Shown: piece by piece, positions 1 through 11,230 of the stretch
Position numbering within the stretch: the stretch's first letter is position 1
Layout of the letters: the number at the start of each line of letters is the position of its first letter
Assembly: GCA_026026165.1 (NCBI GenBank)
Contig: JAPEUD010000109.1
Coordinates: 1-52,515, forward strand
Length of the DNA stretch: 52,515 nucleotides
DNA from: Sarea resinae
Taxonomy: Eukaryota
Direction: 5' to 3'
Notes under the pieces: generated by a model
The model's input: only the letters and a program-made list of their open reading frames with translations
Told to the model about the DNA's origin: nothing
The model's database searches: none
Made by a program: the position numbers and the translations under genes

Positions 1-53
<53 letters not shown>

Positions 54-390
54 GCTACTACTACTACTATAACCAGGTAAGGTAAGGTAGGCACCTAAGA
101 CAACAAGCCAAGCTAACTCAAGTTATACTTCAAGCCTACTAGTAGTAAGTAAGGTAGGTAGGTAGTAAGGGGCTTCCATTCCAGCCAGCGCACGTATGAA
201 AGAATAAGAGTGTGCCTACCTTACCTTACCTTACCTTACCTAACCTTACCTTACCTACCTTGGATAAACAGACACCTAAACTAATGTTTCTTTCTCGAGT
301 TGTTCTTTTACTTGGAATAGTGAGTAGTAGTAGTAGTAGTAGTAGCATGAGCAATAGCAATAGCAGAAGCAGTAGCAGTAGCAGTAGTAA
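1..390. repeat. Microsatellite block: (CTA)n, (CCTTA)n, (TAG/CAG)n
   Basis: Tandem repeats visible at 1-70, about 216-260 and about 318-390. Confidence 0.9.
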
Positions 391-1506
391 TCGACCCTCA
401 CACAAACATCACGCATTACACTCGCCATCATGACTCACGTTTTCAATAACTTCACTAGCTTCCGACAGACGCATCCATATCAGTATCATCATCTTATTTT
501 TATTCTGTTTTGTGCGGTTTTTCTCTATCGTAGCCGTCGTCATTACCACCACCACTGCCACCACCACCTTCCCTTTTGTCTCTGTATCTCTATCTAGAAG
601 AAAAGGAAACGGGAAGCTGAGAGAGAAAAAAAGCTAAAGGAGACTCCTCTCGCTCTGATCACGCACACCATCCCGTCAGCAATGAACAAGAGTGAAAAAG
701 AAAAAGAGAAAAAGGAGAGAAATATCCGGCCATCCCGTACCATGCCACGCCATCCCAGCCCGTACCCTCGGAGAAATCTCCCGAGCACGTGCTTGCATAT
801 CCCGCGCCTGGCGCCGAGGAACAAAAAGGGAATGAAGGATGAGTGTTGCCTTTGCTTGAGGTGTATGCGCAAGGAAAAAAGAGAAAGAAAAAAGAAGCAC
901 AGGAGAACAAGACAGTAGGCGGACGGGTTGTTGAGGCTGAGACACTTCAAGGACCCTGCTACCCACTTGCCAGCTTAGTCTTCGCTGCCCCGACACTTCG
1001 CGCCCTCAAGAATATCGTCAAGAAACCAACATGATTCACCTCGCCCAAATTGGATTGACTGAGTGCATGCACAATGCAATGCAATGCCATGAGCAGACAA
1101 TGCATGCCATCTGTGAGCAGAGCAGTGATGAGCGGTGTCAGCAGCGTTTCAAAAAAAACCGAGCCTGGGACATCTGCGTTCTGGTATCAAGAAGAATCTC
1201 GAGCAAGAGGAAAGCGAGCACGCAGACAAGAAGAAGAGAGCTGTAGTCGGGCCAAAGATGACTTCCAAAGTCCGACTTACACTGGCTACTGCTGACTGAC
1301 TCCTCTCCTGCAAGAAGATGAAGAGAAAAAAAATCGCTGATTGGATGCTGGGCCGAGGCAAAAACGCCGGAGAATTATGCTATCTCATTGAAAAGAACAT
1401 GACAGCCCTCTTCGTCTGAGGAAAAGGCGAGCCAACTAAGCCCAGTAGCAGTGACGATCTGTCGAAGGCCATTGCAAGCAAAGGACGACTCAGACGGACA
1501 GCCGCG

Positions 1507-3821
1507 CTAGTTTCGAGGATACTGTAGGCAGTAGTCGGCGACACCCCCAGCATGACCAGACGTGTAGGTCTTTGATACCTTCGGAACGCGGAAGCCCCTC
1601 TGCATCTCTGCCTCAACAAAGAATGACGCCTTCTTGAAACGCTTGTCCGTGTACTTCTCATAGACCGCAGCGTGATGCTTCTGAGGGTCCTCGCAGCACT
1701 CGACCATGAGACATAAGAGCTGATGGAGCTGAGAATACGTGTAGTTGGAGTAGTACACATGTGCCTGAGACTTTGCAGTTGTTAGCGGAAACTCGTCATC
1801 AAGGACAGATCTACTTACCCAGTCACCCTTCTTGAGCATGATGCGCGCCAAGCAATGAGCACCTGCCGCCAGGAAGCTCGGAGGACTACCAACGAAGCGT
1901 TCATCCATGATGGTAATCTCCAGGAAATACTTCGCCAGCGTACGAGTCTCCAGATCGTAATCGTCCGCCTTACTGATCCTCCTCAGGAAGCTCATCGGTC
2001 CAGGCCATCCGAGTTCGAATTGTAGCATACTGAGCATAAAGCGTTCTGCCTTGAGTATCTCTTCCGCCTGGTAGCCGCCATCGACCATGTAGACGATCTC
2101 CTGGATAGAAGGGCAAGTGATTTCCTCGTACTTTGCAGCAATCAAGATTGCCGTGGCGCCAGCGAGCTGAAGCTTTCCAAGTGATACTACCTTGCGGGTG
2201 AGGAAACGATCAATGTAGTTGACGCAGAGGAACAAAGTCTCCGGAAGAAGAGTGAATCGATGGTGAACCTGGACGAGCCAGTCCATGAGAACGGAGCGCA
2301 TAGACCATTGGATCTCGGCCTGATTGTCCATGTAGTGAGGATTGGGAAGCATTTTCATCTATCACGAGTCAGCCGATACGTCCCCTTTCCTATCAGCATC
2401 GTCTGACAAACCTCAAGCTCCTTCATGTACTCAAAGATCTCTTCGCCGTATTCCGCTACCATGCTGGTGTCCCAGCTCTCATCCTCAATCTCCTCGGGGG
2501 TCCTGAGGCTCTCCACGAAGATCTTGGCGGCGTCAAGTTCCTTCTTGACCTTGGAATTCAGCTTGGGAAGCAAAACCGTAGTCGCTCCTCCGGTAGTATT
2601 GTCTCCACGAGACCTGAATGAACGTGCAGTGGTGTAACCATCTTCATACTCCTCTTCCTCGGCCTCATCATCCCAGTACTCTTCAGGCTCCGAAACAGGG
2701 AGGGGTTCATCGCTTGGAGAGGCAGCGGACTTGACGTCGACCTTGTGATGGACTTCGGTTTGCGGGATGACTTCGTCAAGTAGAACAGGCTCTGGTCCTT
2801 CCTGACTAGTCTCTTCTTCTTCTACAGACTTCTCAGTAGAGACGCTCTTGGCGACATCATCTGTCTCAGAGTAGTCATAGAAATGAGTTTCATCCAATTC
2901 ATCGATAGGTACTCCATCGGACCGAACGGTCGCCGAATACGGTAATTGATCAGATCCGTTCTCGAATCTCTCGTCCAACACGTGGAGATAAGAAGCGGCC
3001 GCCGTCTGAGGAACGGGCTGTTCGATACGCAAGGATGATTGCACCTTGGATTGGCGAGGAGCGAGGCTCTGATGAATAGGTGCGGATGGCGCGATGTTCT
3101 GACCTTCCTTGGCGGATTTGTTGTCAGACGCGTCGAGCGAAGAGGTGGCGTCCCTAAAGACTGCGGCATTGCGCGTGCTCTGAGCTTTGCGCGTGATGGC
3201 GGGTTGAGCGCTCGATTGCGTGTCGGCTGGAAGCTGCTTCAGAGCCAGCGCGTGGCCGTGATTCGTAGCATTGGCCGCCAGCTTGAGATTCGACACGGAC
3301 ATCGGGCGGTGTGCCGGACGAAGCAGATTGGTCGGCTTCTTCTCATGCGGCAAAGAGATGGTCTTCTCCTTGACTTCGATCGAAACCTTACCAGGCACGC
3401 TCGAATCATCTTTGGCCGGATAGATATTCTTGGTGTTGCTGACATCGCCAAAGGCGGTTCGCTTGGCCGCGGCCTTGAGACCTCCCGCAGTAGACATAGC
3501 TGAGAGAGCTGGGGTGGATTTGTTTCGCTGATGAAGCGTCTTCTTTGGCGCGATTGCCGGAGCAAGATTCTCGTCGCCGTGAACGCGTACCGTTCGAGGA
3601 CGTTGAGGCTGAAGCAAAGTTAGATGACTATCCATGGCCTGAGAAAGCGAATGCGATGATTGAAGAAGCAATCAGGTGATGACGAAGCTGGAGGTCCACT
3701 GTGGGCAGCAATAGAAGAAGCCACACGGTGATGGGCAAGCTCAGGCCAATGTTGTTGGACGTTGCGCAGTGGACGTGGATAAGCAGCAGCGTGAGAAAGA
3801 ATGACGAACCTTTGCATCCAT
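1507..3821 (-). CDS. clb3: G2/mitotic B-type cyclin, Clb3-like, ~670 aa; exons 3821-3810, 3608-2412, 2358-1819, 1770-1507
   Basis: Cyclin box MRSVLMDWLVQVH...ETLFLCVNYIDRFL...KLQLAGATAILIAAKYEE; destruction box RTAFGDVSN. Introns 3809-3609, 2411-2359 and 1818-1771 have GT..AG ends and CTAAC/CTGAC branch sites. The 12-nt first exon (MDAK) is inferred. Confidence 0.93.
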
Positions 3822-3955
3822 CTTGACAGAGGACGAACGAGGATGAAGAATCACTTCTACTAAATCACGACTGTCGGTGATTGTACGTCGACGGCAGGCA
3901 TAGACGTGTCTCTTGATAGTCGTGGTGCTTACGAGCCTGTCGCGAACGAGACTGA

Positions 3956-3989
3956 GACGAAGACGAAGACGAAGACGAAGACGAAGACG
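3956..3989. repeat. (GACGAA)n hexamer repeat in the cyclin leader
   Basis: About 5.5 tandem copies. Confidence 0.85.
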
Positions 3990-5894
3990 GCCAGCAGCTT
4001 CTGAAAGGGAACAGGAGACGAGGTGATTCGAGGGAGCAGCACTGGGAGAAGGACCAGTGCTGCGGATAGATGATTAATGGTAAGGATGGCAAGTATCGGA
4101 ATAGAGAAAAGAAGAGGAGAGAAGAGGAATTGGGGATGGGGATGAAGAAGACGGTGATGTTGTTGATACTGTTCGTGGCTGTCCAAACAGCCCGTCCGAC
4201 AGATGGTGGATGGCAGACGGCAGCTGGTTGGTGTTCTGTTTTCTTGTTGTTGATCGAAGGATACAAAGCTGCAGGTACCGAGGAAGGCAAGTACCTCCCG
4301 TCGGCAGGTCACTGGGACTCGCTGCGGAATAGGGACAGAAGGTACCTCGGGGTCGTGCTGCTTGCGTCCAGTTGCCGAGCGACCGTGAACGCATCCAGCT
4401 CATGTACTCGGTACCTCTCACTGTCCGCATGCGGCAAAACATCAACAATGCCAAGCCGAGCGAAGCGAAGCATTTCAAGTCGTCACGTCTCACCCGATGG
4501 CGACGGGGACATTCATCCTCACGCCTTATGGCTACGATGGGCCTCTATTGTCCCAGGCCACCCCGACTCAGTCACTGACGCTTCCTACAGAGACCCGATA
4601 CTATTTGCGCATCCAAAAGCCCCTGTGGCGCCGTTGCGCATCCCCTTCCGTCTCCTCACTGTGCCTGACAGGGAACGCGTGGGTGGCCGTCACGAGCGGC
4701 TCGCCTAATCACCTGACCCACCATTCCGTGCTAAAGTGGATTCCTCGATGGACCGATGATGGAATTTGAAGACGGCAATGCATCCAGCACGAGTGTGTCG
4801 AGCCTGATGCCATGGAACGGTGATGCGACGGCACGAAGGGTGTCTGGCGAGAGAATGCCCTTCATTCCGGGCTTGGAGCGTCCGGAAGCAGGACGAGTAA
4901 CCGCCGAGGTCGTACGTCCGATCTCTCTGTCTACTATCGCTACTCGAACCCGCTACCGCTACTTCTCAAACAGCCCGATTGTCGGCGAGCCTATCATACG
5001 TAACACTGGCTCAGCTCGAACCCTCTCGAAACGTCAACTGAGCAGGAGCAGGCGCAACGAGATACTACTCTACTCCGTACCGCTGTACCTACGTAAGCCA
5101 GAGCCATCGCCATCAGGTAATTCATGTCATGATGGCCCGAGTTAGACCCGTCCGTCACCTTTCTTCGCCATCAGGGCCATCAGGGCCATGGCGCATGTAC
5201 GGAGCTACCTGCCGTGTATGCGCCCGCTTTGCGCTTACCCCAACTAAAGCCTTTGCGACGAGACACCGTCTCCCACGCCCGCTCTTCTTGTTGCGAGCAT
5301 TGGGCGGTGGGAACGGGCGCCTTTATGGCATTACTGACCTCGATAAGAAGGCTCGCAATCGGCTGCAAAGGAAACGCTGGGGCTGCGACGGACGTGGGCG
5401 CAATTGGCGCATTTTTTAGTTTAGTGCCGCTGGTTCCGCATGGGCTGGCGATGACCACATTGACCATGCCCCCGCAATTCGCACGGCGAGGAGCGCAATT
5501 CGGTAACTTGAGCGCCACCATCACCAGCAACACCGCCATCCTCCTCTTGCTAATCCTGAAGAGGACCCAAGTGACTACTATGTATCGTCTGTCTTCACGG
5601 TCATACCTGATCTCGTCCGAGGCCATCGAGCCGTCCAGCGGGTGGGAAAGACAGCGAAGAAGCTGAAGGGTCAGAGGTTAGCGCATTGTGATCTTGGCCC
5701 TTGGCAGCTGCAGGAATGCAGATCCGGTCATCTGGGCGATTCTGATAGAGTAACTTTCACCACTGGCCAGTGACCAGGGAAGGTTCGGGCTGGTCTGAGT
5801 TCAGGACCTGTCAGTTCGCTCCTACCGTACCCGTCTCGACACATCCACCATCCTTTGATACGGATGATACGAGGTAGTCAAGTAGTAGTGCTCG

Positions 5895-5939
5895 TGCGAG
5901 GAGTGCGAGAGTGCGAGGAGTGCGAGAGTGCGAGGAGTG
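5895..5939. repeat. Short tandem repeat with (GAGTGCGA/GAGTGCGAG) units
   Basis: gtgcgaggagtgcgagagtgcgaggagtgcgagagtgcgaggagtgg. Confidence 0.8.
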
Positions 5940-7156
5940 GCAACATGTCTGGATCGTCCTGCGTTCCATCGACGATAGATAATGATGCGCCACCCGTCTC
6001 TTCTGCTTCGTAGGGCCCACCGGCCGATCAAGACTCGTTCCAGGGATTCGCATCGCATCGCATTGATACGGTGTCGCAACTCATGAATCTCACACACTGC
6101 TCCCCACCTCCATTACGTTCATCTCTGAGCATCGGCGCTCGCAGTATCTCTGCTCCATTCGGCCTTTATCCTTCCTCGGAACGGCATTCCATCCATTGGT
6201 GGGGAATCATCGACACGGCCGTCTATGTATACTTTACTCCTCTTGCCTGCGAACAACGGACTACGGGCGACTCCCAACTACCTGCCTCTTTGTTGTCTAT
6301 CAGCATCTGTGCGTCGGGTTGTGTTTCTTGAAGCGATCATTCCTGTCTGGCATGCGCTGCTGGCTCGCGGATTGGTGGTCCCAATGGCGTTGCGTTGCTT
6401 TGCGTCGCTTTGCGCCCACCCGGTTGCGCCAGCGCAGTCGGCCGTTCATGACTTACAATTACCACCCACTAATTGTGCATTTGATGGCAACCTGCCAGAC
6501 GGTGCAAGCTAGCTATTTGACTTCATCATCATACCGTATTCTTCTTACAGAGTTACTATTAGCTATCGATCGAAGCAATTGATCGCGTTCGAGCCCTGCC
6601 GTCCTGTTCTCTCGGTTGCCCGGTCTCTTGTAACATCTGAGACACCTCGTGAACGACTGATTGATATACCGATGTAGACACCCCCGATGCACAGCATTTC
6701 GAGATTTTGCTTGTCTGGTCAGCTCATCACCTAGATATCTGGACTCTTTGCCGTAGATTGATGTAGATGGCGGGCGCATAGCGTGGTTCCTTGTTGAGTG
6801 CTTCTGCCCTGGGTTGCGCAAGTTGCCTTTGCGGGCTGCTCGCTGAGGGCTGTGGATCCTCCTCCGTAATCCTCGCTTCCCTCACCGCAGACCTTCTCTC
6901 CTCTCCATTGATTCCCCCAAGTCCGCTGCGAGTCAACACCACGCCAGCAAGTTCTACGATAGTTGAGTATCAATTTCATCGTCGCAGATATCAGGAGCAT
7001 CCTGCCAGCAGAGCTCTGCCTTCAGCCTGCCCCCAAGCCTCGTTGCTGAGTCTCCTCCATCCTTGGTCGCCTCTCTCCCAAGGACGAGGGCCGGCTTCCG
7101 GCGTCTGACGGAACAGCACCGAATCATCTACTCAACGCTGCATTTTCTTTCCATTT

Positions 7157-7407
7157 GTAAGTCGATCCATTCATTGCGAGTATGCGACTCCAGAAACTCC
7201 ATCGCTGGTGCCTCTGCCCGAAGCGCTCTGCACCGAAACTGCAGAATCGTCACTGTCACCAGACAGGGCAGCTTTCGCCCTGGCCCTAGCATAGCCCAAG
7301 CCAGATGGGTGTCGGGCTTGTGACAGATTCATTTGAATTTCACTACGACTCTCGAGAACTAGATTGATGCACTGATGGCTGACTTTGTTTCCCGACATCG
7401 TTCATAG
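7157..7407 (+). other. Putative 5'-UTR intron of the Zn2Cys6 gene
   Basis: GTAAGT donor at 7157, GCTGAC branch at 7378-7383, TAG acceptor at 7405-7407. Splicing removes several upstream ATGs. Confidence 0.6.
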
Positions 7408-7565
7408 GTTTCCATTCCCGACCATTTGGCCAATCTCGTCAAAGGGTTGCGACAACAATACCCGCCCGGGAGCGGCTCGACCCTACATTCTCCTCGTAGC
7501 GCTACCTCTGCAACGACTGAGGAGCCGCGAGATTACACTCTTCAGAGGTCGATTCCATCCTTCTG

Positions 7566-9909
7566 ATGGACGTTTCGAACCTCCTTACACAAGGGCCACC
7601 TCAGCCAAGCACCGCTATCGACGGTACATACCAGAACTCACGCTCCCACCAATACCCAACCAGACACACTATGACTTCCTACAGCCATCTTGCCAGCGAT
7701 CGTCGCTATACGACGCCACCAGCACATCCTTCTCATGCTGTGAGTCCCGCGGAGACTCCCACCCCGTATACTATATCGCCGTCAAGCCCTACCCCCAAAC
7801 ATGTTACGTTCGAGCTTCTCTTCCCAGAGTCGCCCAGCTTCAAGGCACGTCTGCCTATGAGGGTCCAAATCTTTCCTCACGATACCACCGACTCGATCAT
7901 AACCACGGTCAAGAACTTCTATGGTCTCTACGAAGGGCCCGGGGGTGCTCAAGGTGTCAGTTTCGAAGACGAGCACGGAAATACTCTGATCGCACGATAT
8001 GAAAACTTGCGCGATAAGATGATTGTCTATGTCAGAGTGCTGCCAGACCCTTCAGGGCCCTATGGTACTACGTATGAGCAGCCGAATTATGCCTCGGCGT
8101 CACCGAATGGCTTGCACAAAGCCGCTGGTCGCGAAGACAACTTTGCTTCTGCAGAAGCCCAGGCCTCGTACAATTCAGAAAACGGACACCATTTCTCGCG
8201 TCCGTCTTCTCGAGTTGCTCGTAAGCAGAGTGTCTCACCACCGCCCGGTCGCGGTCGGCGCAGCACCTCAGCAATGACCAAGAAGGCTCGTTCTCGCTCC
8301 ATGGCCATGAGCCGTGGATCCAGTACACATGGGCATCAGGATTTCAACAGCGATGCAATGAACGGATATAGCAGCAGTGAGGGCGGTCACGATTCAGTGA
8401 CCAGCTCTCGCAAGGCGAGGAGCGAGCAGCTCGCCAGTGCAGAGATCAGCCTTGACAATATCGTTGAAGGTGGCAGGAGGAAGAGAGCCAAATTCGAGAG
8501 TTCTGTAAGTCTTCTGCTGAATTCAACACTTTGACTCGGAACGTATCTAATACGCGACACAGGAGCTTCCTTTGTTTGTTCCCCCACAAGTCCCCATCAC
8601 AACATCCACTTCTTCGATCTCCCCACAGAGACGAGCGGACGGTCCCAACGGATCCACACTCTATGCCTATCCGATGCAGCGCTTATTTGCCGCCGGCCAA
8701 CCATTACAATCGGCCATGGCCGGCGACCCTGTGTACGCGCAAGGGCACCAATTAGGATCTGCTTTTGCGACTCCTACCTCTCAAGAGCATGGCCATCGGC
8801 TGCGAACCCGAGGCAACGGTCCATATTCGAATGGCCATCCGGTCACTGGAACCCCAATGGGCAATGTTCCTGGTGTCTTGCCAACGCCTGACCCTACCGT
8901 TGCTAGCTGCATCTCCGATGAAGATGTTGCGCTTCAGTTGATGCGCCTTGGTGATACGTCGAACATATCCAATGGTACTCGCAATTCTGCTTCTACTCTG
9001 GACGATGCATTGAGTGGAGCTGCCGACGTCGCCTCCTCCACCGGTGCAACGAGTGATGGCGAGGATGAGAGCGACGGCGCTGAGCAGCCAGCTCTGCCCC
9101 CTCCGATGCGACGCGAGCAGCTGGAGTCTAGCCCGATTCCTATTCCTGGTTCAATCAAAAAGAGGCACAAGCATCTGGATGAAATCCTCCCCAGCTTCGA
9201 TAGTACTGAGCCTAGTGGCGATGAAGGTGCTCGTGCGGATGATGAAGTGGACGATGACTACGAGGACGAAGAACGCAAGGATGCATCTTTCAAGCCCGAT
9301 CCTCATGATGGTCCTCATGACGAAGTCATGAGCGGCATAGTCGACCCGAACAAGCCCAAATTGGCCAAGGCGAAGCCGCTCGTCAGTGGACCCACCAAGT
9401 CCCGCGTTGGCGACCCCTCGAAGGCTCCAAAGTCTAGCAAACCTCGCGCTCCTACATCGAACAAATCTAAAGCCAAAACGTCGACGAATGCAAAGGTACC
9501 AATATCGCCGACGTCTCTTCCTCCGCAGTCTCGCAAGACCTCTACTGCTTCGACACTGAACTTTCAGCATCAGCTTGGGGAAGATGAGGAGGACCTATCT
9601 TCAAAGCCTCGTTGCCAGAGATGTAGAAAGAGCAAGAAGGGCTGTGACCGTCAACGTCCGTGCCAGAGGTGCAAAGACGCAGGGATCGGCATCGAGGGTT
9701 GCGTCAGTGAGGACGAAGGAAACGGCCGGAAGGGGAGATACGGTCGCCACATGGGTGTACCTGTGAAGAAAGCAGGCTCTGATGCCTCAGCTCCGGCCAC
9801 ACCATCGGTAGCGGGAAGTCAGATGTCGGAACAACATCCTCCGCTCATCTACGACAGTGCTATTGCTCTACAGACGAATCTCGAGAAGAATAAGAAGAGA
9901 AAGAGGTAG
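7566..9909 (+). CDS. Zn(II)2Cys6 domain protein / putative transcription factor, ~761 aa; exons 7566-8504, 8563-9909
   Basis: C-terminal CQRCRKSKKGCDRQRPCQRCKDAGIGIEGC cluster; terminal NLS-like KNKKRKR. Intron 8505-8562 (GTAAGT..CTAAT..CAG) joins the two ORFs in frame. Confidence 0.88.
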
Positions 9910-10295
9910 ATTGTCGTCTAAGATTTCGATATTCCTATGGCCGGTCATCGTGCGTTGCCATCTGGAACATAACCACAAAAACGAACATGTCAAACCATGT
10001 CTGCTTTTATGTGATCTGTTTTCTGTTCATTCATCCCTCTAGATTAAGCGCTTTCATTCGTCGTCGCCGCAAGGAAATCACGGTGCGAGATGATGGAGAT
10101 TCTGTCTTGCAAGCACAGGCACACTTGAATCAGTGGGCTATCAGGATTTTGCGCGCATCAAGCCCCAACCGCGTTCCCCTTGATTAGTCGACGTCACTTG
10201 CTCCCTGGCTCGCCACCTTGAATGGGTTTGATGTTGGATACGCGCCCGTCGACCACACGAGACACTCCTTCGGCCAAGATACACCGCCCGCTACT

Positions 10296-10562
10296 CTATT
10301 GCTCCCCTAAAAGTTCTCTAGCATGCCAAGACAGTGTCGACGCCTCATTTGGATGCGATGATGTCCTGGACCTCGTGTCCAAACTGCTGACGTTTTCACC
10401 TCTCTTGAGTATTCTGCTCTTTACTGCCTTTGTAATCTGCCCGCTCTCTGCTTTGATCGCGTTCATTTCCGTTTGTGGGTCTTTGTCATCAGGGGAGGGA
10501 CGGGGCGATGGGCCTTTTACATGTGGATGTTCGATGCAATGGTTTTCCTCTCTCTTGACCAT
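10296..10562 (-). CDS. Possible 88-aa R-SNARE-motif-like small protein or gene relic
   Basis: ATG with A at -3. The segment RILKRGENVSSLDTRS...ASTLSWHARELL resembles an R-SNARE coil. No independent coding evidence. Confidence 0.25.
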   Translation of the reverse strand: MVKREENHCIEHPHVKGPSPRPSPDDKDPQTEMNAIKAESGQITKAVKSRILKRGENVSSLDTRSRTSSHPNEASTLSWHARELLGEQ

Positions 10563-11230
10563 TCTGGTTTCGCGAAATTGGGTTGAGCGATCCGGGTGGG
10601 GGTTTAGATAGCAGACGGTCGGACGGGACGCACACAGGGCGTGGCGTACGGCATGGAAGCTGTCTATTTAGTTGTCTCTCAATCTCATCTACTATGAATG
10701 AAGCTGGCGTGCCGATGATCGAGTGACGTGGAGATGTAGGGACACTGATACCACGACAAAGGAGATCGTTGAGGTATTGCGGTACAGGGGGATATCTGAC
10801 ATCCCTTTTCGTGCTGGATGAATGGAGCTGGGGCGTTGGGGTTGCCGTGACCGTTGCTGCGGACCACTAATGATGTCAAGTCACCGCCCTGATCATTGGT
10901 CGCATGGCGTGTAGTCGGGAAATGCCGCTTTGGGAATGCTTGCGCTTGTTCGGCCAGATCGAGCCGACGCTAGTCCCGATGTAGAGTGGGCGGCGGTGGG
11001 CTGTGAGATACGTGCCGATCGCGACGTCTCGCGTAGTCAAAAAAGTGTCGAACGTCTCTATCGCAGTGCATTTGCCAGAAGCTTCATATTGACCATTCCA
11101 TTCACTCGACACCTTTCAATTGAGCTCTGATCAGACATACATACCTCCTGCAGAACCTCGGTCTCCATAAATCGCCATGCTTGGCTTCTTCGACATCTCG
11201 CGATAGCCTCACCTTATCGCATTTCTCAGC

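Noticed and set aside
212..1361. Short ORFs at the window start
   Set aside because: Translations of microsatellite, A/G-rich and 3'UTR sequence with no protein-like features.
3865..7400. Many 70-212 aa ORFs between the cyclin and the C6 gene, e.g. 4070-4708
   Set aside because: No recognisable domain or codon bias; consistent with long leaders and a divergent promoter.
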